Positions 17,951 through 27,482 of a stretch of 64,000 nt of DNA are shown here, in pieces. Every line of letters starts with the position of its first letter. The first letter of the stretch is position 1. Location: NCBI GenBank assembly GCA_965223505.1, contig CBDCWP010000021.1, positions 160,001-224,000 on the forward strand. Reading direction: 5' to 3'. The notes beneath the pieces were generated by a model. It did not search any database. It worked only from the letters and a program-made list of their open reading frames with translations, and was not told the origin of the DNA. The position numbers were made by a program, and so were the translations under genes. The stretch comes from Planctomycetota bacterium (GTDB lineage Bacteria; Planctomycetota; PLA2; JAEUHO01).

Positions 17951-19008
17951 TGAACACGCCCGCACGAAAATGCGTGATCGGACTCCTGCTGTTCACCGTC
18001 TATCTGGTGGGCTGCCGCCTGTTCGCCCCGCCGGAGTGGCGCCCGGGCAGCGCACGCGCGCCGGTCGAGTTCGTCGGTGGACCGCGCATGGACCACGCCG
18101 CGCACGTCGAGCGCGGTCTCGCGTGCGCCGACTGCCACGCGCCCGATCCCAGGACGGGCGAACCCGGATCGCCTTCCCGCGACGACTGCGCGCAGTGTCA
18201 CGACGAGATCGACGAAGCCTGGCCGGCGCAGAAACGCGTCGCCACCGCGTTCTTCCGACCCGACGGAACGCCCCGATGGCGGCGCGCCGTCGCGGACTAC
18301 GACCCCGAGGTCATCTTCGATCATCGCGGACACGGCGCAATGAGCTGCCTCTCATGCCACGGCGCGGTGACGCGCCAATCGCGACGGGTGGCGGGCGAGT
18401 TGCACACGATGGACCAATGCATGCACTGCCACGAACGCCAGACGGCCGCGAACGAGTGCGCGACGTGCCATCGCGTCCTGCGCGACGACAAGGCGCCCGC
18501 GAACCACCGGTACCTGTGGAAGGAGCGCCACGGGCAGATCGTTCGTAATCACGGATCGATGGAGGCCGGCCGCTGCGACATCTGCCATCGCGACGCGTCG
18601 TATTGCGACGACTGCCACCAGGACGAGCCGCCGCGCGACCACACGGCGCTATTCCGGATCCGCACCCACGGCGTTCACGCGGCCATGGACCGTCAGAAGT
18701 GCGCGACGTGTCACATGACCGACTTCTGCCAGCGCTGCCACGAGAACACGCCGCCGCGCTCGCACCGCGGCGTCTTCGCAACGGGACGCAACACGCACTG
18801 CGTGCAGTGCCACTTTCCGGTGACCCAGACCCGCTCGTGCCGCGTGTGCCACTTCGAGAATCCGACGCACGACACGGCGCCGGATCAGCCGCCGTCGCAC
18901 TTCCCGGGGATGAGCTGCCGCAACTGTCACAACGCCATCGGCCAGGGCGGCGCGCGTCCGCTGCGTCACCTCGACAACGGGCAAGTTTGCGAGTCTTGCC
19001 ACCGCTAG
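17950..19008 (+). CDS. 13-heme c-type cytochrome lipoprotein (c3/c7-like repeats)
   Basis: lipobox LVGC; 13 CxxCH in 352 aa; MDHAAH and FDHRGH distal-His motifs; TGATG overlap with the porin gene. Confidence 0.9.
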   Translation: MNTPARKCVIGLLLFTVYLVGCRLFAPPEWRPGSARAPVEFVGGPRMDHAAHVERGLACADCHAPDPRTGEPGSPSRDDCAQCHDEIDEAWPAQKRVATAFFRPDGTPRWRRAVADYDPEVIFDHRGHGAMSCLSCHGAVTRQSRRVAGELHTMDQCMHCHERQTAANECATCHRVLRDDKAPANHRYLWKERHGQIVRNHGSMEAGRCDICHRDASYCDDCHQDEPPRDHTALFRIRTHGVHAAMDRQKCATCHMTDFCQRCHENTPPRSHRGVFATGRNTHCVQCHFPVTQTRSCRVCHFENPTHDTAPDQPPSHFPGMSCRNCHNAIGQGGARPLRHLDNGQVCESCHR

Positions 19009-19018
19009 CGGACTTGGC

Positions 19019-19396
19019 CTAGGTCTCATGGATCGACGGGACCACGAAAAACACTGGGCCGAAGAACTGCGCCATGGCGATCAAGGGCACCAAGATCCGG
19101 AACGACCACCGCTTCGTCTTGTGATGGAACCGGCGCATGGCGATGTAAGCGCCGATGGCGCCGCCGAAGACGACGTAAAACCAGAGCGTCGCCTCGGCGA
19201 TGCGCCGCTGTCCGCGCTGCGCCCGCGCCTTGTCACTCCGAAACAGCGCGAATGCGAAATACGACATCAAGACCCCCAGCATCCAGAGGAAGACCAACAT
19301 GTTCTCGGGCGCATGCCAGTGCTTCGGCACGGTCAAGCAGAAGATCCCGATGACGGCGGCGGAGCCGAGGATGTACTTGGCGTCGTGGCGGTTCAC
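19019..19396 (-). CDS. DUF1294 membrane protein
   Basis: DKARAQRGQRRIAEATL, GGAIGAYIAMRRFHHKTK. Confidence 0.8.
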   Translation of the reverse strand: MNRHDAKYILGSAAVIGIFCLTVPKHWHAPENMLVFLWMLGVLMSYFAFALFRSDKARAQRGQRRIAEATLWFYVVFGGAIGAYIAMRRFHHKTKRWSFRILVPLIAMAQFFGPVFFVVPSIHET

Positions 19397-19431
19397 GCGC
19401 ACATCTTGCCGGAGCGGCCGGATCACGCGCC

Positions 19432-19446
19432 TAGAATGCGTACATG
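19432..19446 (+). promoter_or_regulatory. -10 box positioned for a leaderless aor transcript
   Basis: TAGAAT-N6-ATG with no SD. Confidence 0.5.
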
Positions 19447-21255
19447 CCCCCCGGTGGATACCACGGCCGCTACGGTCACTTCGACCTGGAGCGAACCGAG
19501 GGGGCGCTGCGTCCGCTCTCCGACGACGTGCTGCGGCGCTTCCTCGGCGGATCGGGTCTGGGGGCATGGCTCCTCATGCAAGAGAGCGCAGGCGGCTACG
19601 ACCCGTTGGGGCCCGAAGCGCCGATCGTCATCGCGCTCTCGCCGCTGGTCGGTTCGCCGCTCACGACCAGCGCGAAGTTCGCCGTGGTCACGAAGTCGCC
19701 GCTGACGGAGCGCATCAACGACGCGCTCTCGAGCGACCGTTTCGCCATCGAGCTGAAGCGCGCCGGCATGGACGCATTGGTCGTCACCGGCTGGTGCGAC
19801 GACTGGTCGGTACTGGTCGTGGACGACGGCGCGATGCGCCTGGAGCCGGCGGACGACCTCGTCGGTCTGTCGTCGCTCGAGGCCGAGGAACGCCTGCGCA
19901 AGAAACACGGCGCGACGTTTCGCTTCTTCGGCATCGGCCCCGCGGGCGAAAACGGCGTGCGCTACGCGTCGGCGTCGGGCGACAGCCGGCACGCCGGCCG
20001 CGGCGGCACCGGCGCCGTCTTCGGATCGAAGCGGCTCAAGGGCGTCCTCGTGCGCGGGACGACGCCATGCGAGGTGGACGACCGTGAAGCGGTGCTCGCG
20101 CTGGCCAAGGAGCTGTCGGCGAAGTCGCTGGGCGCCGGGACCGCGAAGTACCGCGAGCTCGGGACGGTCGCGAACGTCCTCGTGATGAACCGGCTCGGGG
20201 CGCTGCCGACCCGCAACTTCAAGGAGGCCACGTTCGAAGGCGCCGAGCAGATCTCCGGCGAGGCGTTTCACACGACGCCCGACAAGATGCGCAAGCACTG
20301 CGCCGCGTGCACGATCGGCTGCGAGCACGTGTTCGCGTCCCGGAGCGGCCGGCAGGTGCGCCTGGAATACGAAGGCATCTTCGCGCTCGGCCCGCTGTGC
20401 GGCATCGACGACCGGGACGTGATCCTCGAAGCGGCGGCACGCTGCGACGACCTCGGGCTCGACGTCATCTCCGCCGGTGGCACGATCGCCTTCGCCATGG
20501 AGTGCAGGGAGAAGGGCCTGCTCGAGAACGCACCGTCCTTCGGCGACGGGGACGGATTGCTGTCGTTGCTGGACGACATCGCGCACCGGCGCGGACTGGG
20601 CGACCTGCTCGCGGAGGGCTCGCGGCGCGCGGCGCTGATCGTCGGCGGCGGCGCCGAGCACTTCGCGTGTCACGTCAAGGGACTCGAGCTGCCGGGGTAC
20701 GAACCGCGCGCGCTGCAGGCGATGGGACTCGGTCTCGCCGTGGGTGCGCGCGGCGCGGATCACAACCGCTCGGGCGCCTACGAGGAGGACTTCCGCTCGG
20801 GCGCGGACCGCTTCGTGGCCGACGACGCCAAGGGCCCTGCGGCGGCGAACAGCGAGACGCGGGCGGCGATCCTGGACAGCCTGATCCTGTGCAAGTTCCT
20901 GCGCGGCGTGTTCGAGGACCTCGAGGCGGAGAGCGCGCGGATGCTGTCCGCGATCACCGGCTGGGACGTCACGGCCGCCCCGTTGCATCGAACAGGCGAA
21001 CGGATCGTGACGCTGAAGAAGCTCTTCAATCTGCGCGAGGGCTGGGAGCGGTCGGAAGACACCCTCCCACAACGGTTTCTGAGCGAAGCCCTGGACGGCG
21101 GCGCTTCGTCCGGGGCCGCGTTGAGCCCCCACGACCTCGACCGTATGATCGTAAGCTACTACCGCGCGCGCGGTTGGACCGACGACGGCCGGGTTCCCGC
21201 AGAGCGGATCGAGAGCCTCGGGCTGAGTGACGTCCAGCCGGCGCCGAAGAGGTAG
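19444..21255 (+). CDS. aor: aldehyde:ferredoxin oxidoreductase (AOR family, tungstopterin)
   Basis: TKSPLT, GPAGE, GRGGTGAVFGSKRLK, CAACTIGC, EYE, DDLGLD, KGLELPGYEPR, DSLILC. Confidence 0.93.
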   Translation: MPPGGYHGRYGHFDLERTEGALRPLSDDVLRRFLGGSGLGAWLLMQESAGGYDPLGPEAPIVIALSPLVGSPLTTSAKFAVVTKSPLTERINDALSSDRFAIELKRAGMDALVVTGWCDDWSVLVVDDGAMRLEPADDLVGLSSLEAEERLRKKHGATFRFFGIGPAGENGVRYASASGDSRHAGRGGTGAVFGSKRLKGVLVRGTTPCEVDDREAVLALAKELSAKSLGAGTAKYRELGTVANVLVMNRLGALPTRNFKEATFEGAEQISGEAFHTTPDKMRKHCAACTIGCEHVFASRSGRQVRLEYEGIFALGPLCGIDDRDVILEAAARCDDLGLDVISAGGTIAFAMECREKGLLENAPSFGDGDGLLSLLDDIAHRRGLGDLLAEGSRRAALIVGGGAEHFACHVKGLELPGYEPRALQAMGLGLAVGARGADHNRSGAYEEDFRSGADRFVADDAKGPAAANSETRAAILDSLILCKFLRGVFEDLEAESARMLSAITGWDVTAAPLHRTGERIVTLKKLFNLREGWERSEDTLPQRFLSEALDGGASSGAALSPHDLDRMIVSYYRARGWTDDGRVPAERIESLGLSDVQPAPKR

Positions 21256-21272
21256 CGGAGGTCGAGCCCGAC

Positions 21273-24107
21273 ATGAACTCGCCGTTGACCGCGGACACGG
21301 AAGCCACCGAAGCGCCGGCCAAGACCGTCACGCTGGAGATCGACGGACAAGAGGTCACCGTCCCCGAAGGCACCACCGTCTGGCAGGCCGCCAAGGACAT
21401 GGGCATCGACATTCCGGTGCTTTGCCACGATCCCAAGCTCGATCCCGTCGGCGTGTGCCGCATGTGCGTCGTCGAGGTCGAAGGTGCGCGCACCCTGGTC
21501 GCGTCGTGCGTGCGCGACTGCGAAGACGGCTTGAAGGTCAAGACGGGCTCCGAGACCGTCGTGCGCAACCGCAAGGTGCTCACCGATCTGTTGATGGCGG
21601 ATCAGGACGCGACCAGCCGCCGCGACGAGAAGACCAACGACGACGAGCTGTTCAGCCTCGCCCGCGAGTTCCAGGTCGACGGCTCGCGTTGGCCCCGCGG
21701 CAACGGCCGTCCCGACGACGACTCGTCGCCCGTCATCTCGGTGGATCACCAGGCCTGCATCCTTTGCGACCGCTGCATTCGCGCCTGTGACGACATCCAA
21801 TTCAACATGGTCATCGGCCGCACCGGCAAGGGCTATGCGACGCGCATCGGCTTCGACCTGAACAACCCGATGGGCGACTCGACCTGCGTGGAGTGCGGCG
21901 AGTGCGCATCGGCGTGTCCGACCGGGGCGCTCACCAACAAGCCGATCACCGTGCCGATTCGGCCGCCCGAGACGCTCGAGAAGGTCGACTCCGTCTGCCC
22001 CTATTGCGGCGTCGGCTGCGCGCTGACGTTCATGGTCGACAGAGAAGAGAACAAGGTCGTCTACGCCGAGGGCCGTGACCCGAGCGCCAACGAGGGGCGG
22101 CTGTGCGTCAAGGGCCGTTACGGCTTCGACTACGCGACGCACAAGCACCGGCTGACCAAGCCCCTGATCCGCAAGGAGAGCTCGTACCCGAAGGGGCCGC
22201 TCAGCGCGAACATGCAGCGCCGGGACGACGGCACGCGCGGCGAGAGCGTGTATCCCGACTACGACGAGGCGCTGAACCACTTCCGGGAAGCGACGTGGGA
22301 CGAGGCCCTCGATCTCGTGGCAAGCAAGCTCAAGTCGATTCGCGACGAACACGGCCCGCAGGCGCTCGCCGGCTTCGGCAGCGCGAAGTGCTCGAATGAA
22401 GAGGCGTATCTCTTCCAGAAGATGATCCGCGCGGTGTTCGGCACGAACAACGTGGACCACTGCACGCGGCTTTGCCACGCGTCCAGCGTGGCCGCGCTGC
22501 TCGAGACGATCGGCTCGGGCGCGGTCACGACCGTGTACGGCGACATCGAGAACTCCGACGTCGCGCTCGTGACGGGCACGAACACGACCAGCAACCACCC
22601 CGTCGCAGCGACCTTCTTCAAGGAGGCCGCGAAGAACGGCACGAAGCTCATCATCGTGAACCCGCACCGGCCCGAGCTGGCCGATCACGGCGAGTACGTT
22701 CGCATCCGGCCTGGCAGCGACGTCTCCTTCTACAACGCCATCATGAACGTCATCCTCGAGGAGGGCCTCGAGGACCGCGCGTACATCGAGAAGTTCACGG
22801 AGAACTTCGATGCGCTCAAGGAGGTCGTTGCGCGCTACACGCCCGAGGTCGCGGCGCCCATCTGCGGCATCTCGGCCGACGAGATCCGCGACCTGGCGCG
22901 CACCATCGGCAACGCGAAGGCGATGATCATCTTCTGGGGCATGGGCATCTCGCAGCACGTGCACGGCACCGACAACGCGCGCAGCCTCATCTCGCTGTGC
23001 CTGATGACGGGCAACGTCGGCCGCCCGGGTACGGGCCTGCATCCGCTGCGCGGCCAGAACAACGTCCAGGGCGCCAGCGACGCGGGCTTGATCCCGATGG
23101 TCTACCCCGACTACGTGCCGGTCAACGACCCCGACGCGCAGAAGCGCTACGAGGAAGCCTGGGGCGTCTCGCTCGATCCGAATCCCGGCAAGACGGTGGT
23201 CGAGATCGCGCACGCCGCGGTCGAGGGTGAGCTCAAGGGCATGTACATCATGGGCGAGAACCCGTTCATGTCCGACCCGAACGTGAAGCACGCCCGCGAG
23301 GGGTTCATGAACCTCGACTTCCTCGTCGTCCAGGACATCTTCCTGACCGAGACCGCCGAGGTCGCCGACGTCGTGCTGCCCGCGACGAGCTACTTCGAGA
23401 AGACGGGCACCTACACGAACACGGACCGGCGCGTGCAGATCGGCGCGACGACGCTCGAGCCGCCCGGTGAAGCCCGGCTGGACTGGGAGATCCTGTGCGA
23501 GGTCATGACGCGCATGGGCTACGAGCAGTCGTACGACGACATCGAGGACGTCTTCGTCGAGTTCAGCGAGATGACGGAGAGCTACAAAGGCCTGCGCTAC
23601 CGCCACCTGGGCGGCCCGGGCAAGCTCTGGCCGTGCGCCGATCCCGACAACTCCGACGGCGAGGTCGTGCTGTTCGGTGACGGCTTCCCGACGCCGTCGG
23701 GCCGCGGCAAGTTCTCGCCCGCCGAGGTCATCCCGCCGGCCGAGCTTCCCGACGAGGAGTACCCGTTCGTCCTGAACACGGGGCGGACGCTGCAGCACTG
23801 GCACGGCGGCTCGATGACGCGTCGCGCAAAGGTGCTCGACCAAATCAACCCCGAGGCGTTCTGCGAAATCCACCCCGACGACATGGCGTCGCTCGGGCTC
23901 GAGGACGGCGGCATGGTGCGCTTGAGCACGCGCCGCAACTCCATTCGCGTGAAGGCCGTCGCGAGCACGAAGACCTCGAAGGGCAGCGTGTTCATGCCGT
24001 TCCACTACCGCGAGGCGGCGGCGAACCTGCTGACGACCGACACGCTCGACCCGATCGGCAAGATCCCATCCTTCAAGTTCGCAGCGCTCAAGGTCGAGAA
24101 GGCGTGA
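21273..24107 (+). CDS. fdhF: formate dehydrogenase alpha subunit (cytoplasmic, Cys-ligated bis-MGD)
   Basis: [2Fe-2S] and 2x[4Fe-4S] N-domain, CPYCGVGC, DHCTRLCH, LRGQNNVQG, MPFHY; no Tat signal. Confidence 0.93.
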   Translation: MNSPLTADTEATEAPAKTVTLEIDGQEVTVPEGTTVWQAAKDMGIDIPVLCHDPKLDPVGVCRMCVVEVEGARTLVASCVRDCEDGLKVKTGSETVVRNRKVLTDLLMADQDATSRRDEKTNDDELFSLAREFQVDGSRWPRGNGRPDDDSSPVISVDHQACILCDRCIRACDDIQFNMVIGRTGKGYATRIGFDLNNPMGDSTCVECGECASACPTGALTNKPITVPIRPPETLEKVDSVCPYCGVGCALTFMVDREENKVVYAEGRDPSANEGRLCVKGRYGFDYATHKHRLTKPLIRKESSYPKGPLSANMQRRDDGTRGESVYPDYDEALNHFREATWDEALDLVASKLKSIRDEHGPQALAGFGSAKCSNEEAYLFQKMIRAVFGTNNVDHCTRLCHASSVAALLETIGSGAVTTVYGDIENSDVALVTGTNTTSNHPVAATFFKEAAKNGTKLIIVNPHRPELADHGEYVRIRPGSDVSFYNAIMNVILEEGLEDRAYIEKFTENFDALKEVVARYTPEVAAPICGISADEIRDLARTIGNAKAMIIFWGMGISQHVHGTDNARSLISLCLMTGNVGRPGTGLHPLRGQNNVQGASDAGLIPMVYPDYVPVNDPDAQKRYEEAWGVSLDPNPGKTVVEIAHAAVEGELKGMYIMGENPFMSDPNVKHAREGFMNLDFLVVQDIFLTETAEVADVVLPATSYFEKTGTYTNTDRRVQIGATTLEPPGEARLDWEILCEVMTRMGYEQSYDDIEDVFVEFSEMTESYKGLRYRHLGGPGKLWPCADPDNSDGEVVLFGDGFPTPSGRGKFSPAEVIPPAELPDEEYPFVLNTGRTLQHWHGGSMTRRAKVLDQINPEAFCEIHPDDMASLGLEDGGMVRLSTRRNSIRVKAVASTKTSKGSVFMPFHYREAAANLLTTDTLDPIGKIPSFKFAALKVEKA

Positions 24108-24916
24108 GCCGTAGCCTCGCGCTGCTCCTGGCGCTCGCGGTCTCTCTGGGCGCTTGCGGGGACGGCGCGAAGCGCGTCCGCCTCGTCACGACGACGTCGA
24201 CGCACAACTCGGGTCTCCTCGAGCACTTGCTCGCCGAATTCACACCGCAGACCGGCATCGAGGTCGATGTCCTGGCCGTGGGAACGGGCAAGGCGCTCGC
24301 GCAAGGGCGGCGCGGCGACGCGGACCTGCTGCTCGTACACGCGCGCGAGCTCGAAGACGCGTTCCTCGCCGAGGGCCATGCGATCGAGCGGCGCGATGTG
24401 ATGTGGAACGACTTCGTAATCGTCGGGCCGCCGTCCGACCCGGCGGGCATTCGCGGCATGAAGGAACCGGCGGCGGCGCTCGCGAAGATCGCGAAGACGG
24501 GGGCGCGCTTCGCGAGCCGTGGGGACCGGTCGGGCACCCACATGCGAGAGCTCGCGCTCTGGAAGGCGTCCGGTGTCGATCGCACGTCCAACGGCGGTTA
24601 CGTGGAGGCGCGGCTCGGCATGGGCGGCTCGTTGATCTACGCGGACGAGAAGCGCGCGTACCTGCTCGCCGACCGCGGCACGTACCTCTCGCACATGAAG
24701 CGCCTCGATCTCGAGCTCGACATTCTCGTAGAGGGCCACGCCTCACTTCGCAATCCCTACGGCGCGCTGTTGATCGACCCAGTGCGACACCCGGTCGGCA
24801 ATGCGGAGGGCGCCCGCAAGCTGTTCGACTGGTTGACCTCGCCGGCCGGTCAGGCGCGAATCGCTTCGTTCCAGGTTGACGGCAATCCGCTCTTCCATCC
24901 CAATGCCGCCAAGTAG
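24104..24916 (+). CDS. tupA: tungstate ABC transporter binding lipoprotein
   Basis: lipobox LGAC; TTTSTHNSGLL, GTGKAL, SRGDRSGTH, DRGT. Confidence 0.9.
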   Translation: MSRSLALLLALAVSLGACGDGAKRVRLVTTTSTHNSGLLEHLLAEFTPQTGIEVDVLAVGTGKALAQGRRGDADLLLVHARELEDAFLAEGHAIERRDVMWNDFVIVGPPSDPAGIRGMKEPAAALAKIAKTGARFASRGDRSGTHMRELALWKASGVDRTSNGGYVEARLGMGGSLIYADEKRAYLLADRGTYLSHMKRLDLELDILVEGHASLRNPYGALLIDPVRHPVGNAEGARKLFDWLTSPAGQARIASFQVDGNPLFHPNAAK

Positions 24917-24942
24917 CTCGTGATCAAAATAGGAGATCGACC

Positions 24943-25638
24943 GTGGAGTTCCTCTGGGAGGGATTCAAGACCGCCGTCCATCTCATCCTGAGCGGCGACG
25001 CGGAAACGTGGCACGCCGCGTGGGTGACGATCTTCTGCTCGTTCATCGCGGTCGCGCTGGCTGCTCCGCTCGCGGTCACGTACGGCGGCTGGCTGGCCGT
25101 CTATCGCCCGCGCGGGCACCGCCTGCAGGTGTTGCTGCTGCGCATCGGCATGTTCGTGCCCACGATCTTCATCGGGACGATGGTCTGGGGCTTCCTCTCG
25201 CGGCGGGGCCCGCTGGGCGAGCTCGACATGCTCTACACGAAGGGCGCGATCATCGCCGGCGAGTTCCTGCTCGTCTTCCCCATCCTGGGCGCACTGACGC
25301 ACAGCGCCCTCGAAGCGCCCGACCGGCGACCGTTCGAGACGGCGCGTACGCTGGGCGCCGGACCGGTGCGCACCTTGTTGACGCTGTTGGGTGAAGTACG
25401 CGGTGTCATCGTGGGCGCGATGCTCATGGCCTGTGCCCGCTGCTTCTCCGAGCTGGGCATCTCCGTCACGGTCGGCGGGAACCTGCAGTGGCAAACCAGC
25501 ACCTTGAGCGGCGGTGCCCAGCTCATGGTGCGCCAGGGGGAGTTCGGCGAAGCGCTCGCGTTGGGGTTCATCCTTCTGTTCTTCGCCGGCATCGTCGCCG
25601 TGCTCGCGCCGTTGGTTTCGAAGGAGAGCAAGGCGTGA
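24943..25638 (+). CDS. tupB: tungstate ABC transporter permease
   Basis: LSRRGPLGELDMLYT, FSELG...VGGNL; AGGAG RBS. Confidence 0.88.
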   Translation: MEFLWEGFKTAVHLILSGDAETWHAAWVTIFCSFIAVALAAPLAVTYGGWLAVYRPRGHRLQVLLLRIGMFVPTIFIGTMVWGFLSRRGPLGELDMLYTKGAIIAGEFLLVFPILGALTHSALEAPDRRPFETARTLGAGPVRTLLTLLGEVRGVIVGAMLMACARCFSELGISVTVGGNLQWQTSTLSGGAQLMVRQGEFGEALALGFILLFFAGIVAVLAPLVSKESKA

Positions 25639-26219
25639 TGCGCATGCGGAACATCCGCGTCGTGTTCGGCGACGTCGTCGGCCTGTGGTTGGACGAGCTC
25701 GACATCGAATCCGGCGAACGACTCGGCGTCACGGGCCCGAACGGCTGCGGCAAGTCGACGCTGATGCGGGTGCTCGCGGGTCTGCAGGCGGTCACGTCGG
25801 GAACGGTGCAGGGGCTGCCGGCGCCCGGCCGCATCACGCTCGTGCATCAGCGCCCCTACTTCTTCCGCGGCACCGCGCGAGACAACGTCGTCTACGCGTT
25901 GAAGACGGCAGGGAAGCCAACGTCGGAGGCGGACGCGTGGCTGGAACGGCTCGGCGCCGCCGAGCTCGCCGATCGAACGGCGGGCGTGCTCTCGGGCGGC
26001 GAGCGCCGCCGCGTCGCGGTCGCGCGCGCGCTGGCGATCCGGCCGGAGATCCTGCTGCTCGACGAGCCGTTCGCCGCGCTCGACGACGAGGGCCTCGCGA
26101 CGATGAACGCCGCGATCGGAGCGTTCGAAGGCACGCTGGTGGTCACGGCGCCGGACCTGAAAGACGCGCCGGTCGCGCGGACGGTCGAGCTTCGTCCCGC
26201 CGAACGTCGAAACGGATAG
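25635..26219 (+). CDS. tupC: tungstate ABC transporter ATPase
   Basis: GPNGCGKST, LSGGE, LLLDEP; operon position. Confidence 0.85.
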   Translation: MMRMRNIRVVFGDVVGLWLDELDIESGERLGVTGPNGCGKSTLMRVLAGLQAVTSGTVQGLPAPGRITLVHQRPYFFRGTARDNVVYALKTAGKPTSEADAWLERLGAAELADRTAGVLSGGERRRVAVARALAIRPEILLLDEPFAALDDEGLATMNAAIGAFEGTLVVTAPDLKDAPVARTVELRPAERRNG

Positions 26220-26225
26220 ACTGGG

Positions 26226-27482
26226 ATGGTGAGGTGCGCGCGACCCGTCCTGCTTCTGTTCGCGACGTCGCTGCTTTGTGTCGCGCCCGCGGCCGCGGAC
26301 AGCAAGAAGAAGCCGCAGGGCGCCGACCGCGAGGCCGAGCGGTATCCGCCGAGCTTTCGGTTGGCCGTCGAGGAGGCGATCCAGTACGGCGTCGCGGTCA
26401 TCAAGAAGGCACAGAAGAAGGACACGGGGACGTGGGGCAGCCCCGACGCACCCGAAGCCATGGGCCGCACGGCGCTCCCGTTGCTCGCGCTGCTGAAGGC
26501 CGGCGTCCCCGTCGACGACCCGCACGTGGTGCGCGCGCTCGAGGCGCTCTCGAAGATGAAGTTCGAGCGCACGTACAGCACGGCCTGCTACCTGATGGCG
26601 ATCCAGGCGATCTACCAGCCCAAGCTCGACATGTGGGACACGGACGTGGGCGCCTTGCGTTCGAAGCGCCTGAAGCCCAAGGAGGTCTACGCCAGGCTCA
26701 CCCCCGAGCACCGTGAGGCCGTCGAGAAGGGCGTCGCGCACCTCACCGCTGCGCAAAACTCCATCGGGCTCTGGACCTACGTCGACGAGCGGGTCAAGAC
26801 GCCGGTCAAGTACGACCTGTCGAACACGCAGTACGGCCTCCTGGGGCTCCGTGCGGCGGCCGACTGCGGGGTCAAGGTCAAGCCGCTGGTCTGGAAGGCC
26901 GCGTTGCGCGGACTGTTCCTGAATCAGGACGCGAAGGGCGAGAAGGTCACGCTCACGAACGACGTCGAGAAGGACGGGTACGTCTTCCGCACGAAGGACG
27001 TCGCGGAGACCCGGCCCTTCCGCTACACGCACGCGAAGAAGCACGGGCCGGCCGGCGAGAACACGGTGCCGACGATGCCCGCGACGGGATCGATGACGAC
27101 CGCCGGGGTCTGCTCGGTCGCGATCTGCATGGAAGGGATGTGGCGCAGCCGCAAGTTCAGCGGCACGGAGCGCAAGAAGGCCAACGACGCGATCCGCGAC
27201 GGACTGGCGTGGCTGCAGCAGAACTTCACGGTCGAGAAGAACCCCGGCCACCCGAACATGCGGCATCACTTCTACTACCTGTACGGACTGGAGCGCATGG
27301 GCATGCTCACGGACCGGCGCTGGATCGGGTCGCACGACTGGTACAAGGAAGGCGCCGACCTGCTGCTGGCGCGCCAGCGGGAGCCCTTCGGCGGCTGGGC
27401 CGGCGGCGCCGTGCAGAACGCGTTCGCGGTGCTGTTCCTGAAGCGCGCGACGGCCCGGTCGATCGCCGTCAGTGGCGATTAG
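26226..27482 (+). CDS. exported prenyltransferase/squalene-cyclase-repeat protein
   Basis: signal peptide; YDLSNTQYGLLGL, SMTTAG, YYLYGLER, DWYKEGA. Confidence 0.75.
   Translation: MVRCARPVLLLFATSLLCVAPAAADSKKKPQGADREAERYPPSFRLAVEEAIQYGVAVIKKAQKKDTGTWGSPDAPEAMGRTALPLLALLKAGVPVDDPHVVRALEALSKMKFERTYSTACYLMAIQAIYQPKLDMWDTDVGALRSKRLKPKEVYARLTPEHREAVEKGVAHLTAAQNSIGLWTYVDERVKTPVKYDLSNTQYGLLGLRAAADCGVKVKPLVWKAALRGLFLNQDAKGEKVTLTNDVEKDGYVFRTKDVAETRPFRYTHAKKHGPAGENTVPTMPATGSMTTAGVCSVAICMEGMWRSRKFSGTERKKANDAIRDGLAWLQQNFTVEKNPGHPNMRHHFYYLYGLERMGMLTDRRWIGSHDWYKEGADLLLARQREPFGGWAGGAVQNAFAVLFLKRATARSIAVSGD

Noticed and set aside
16427..19008. Naming the genes mtrB/mtrA
   Set aside because: The barrel is much shorter than MtrB, and the cytochrome has 13 hemes and a lipobox
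22455..22490. Selenocysteine in FDH
   Set aside because: The active-site codon is TGC and the ORF has no in-frame TGA
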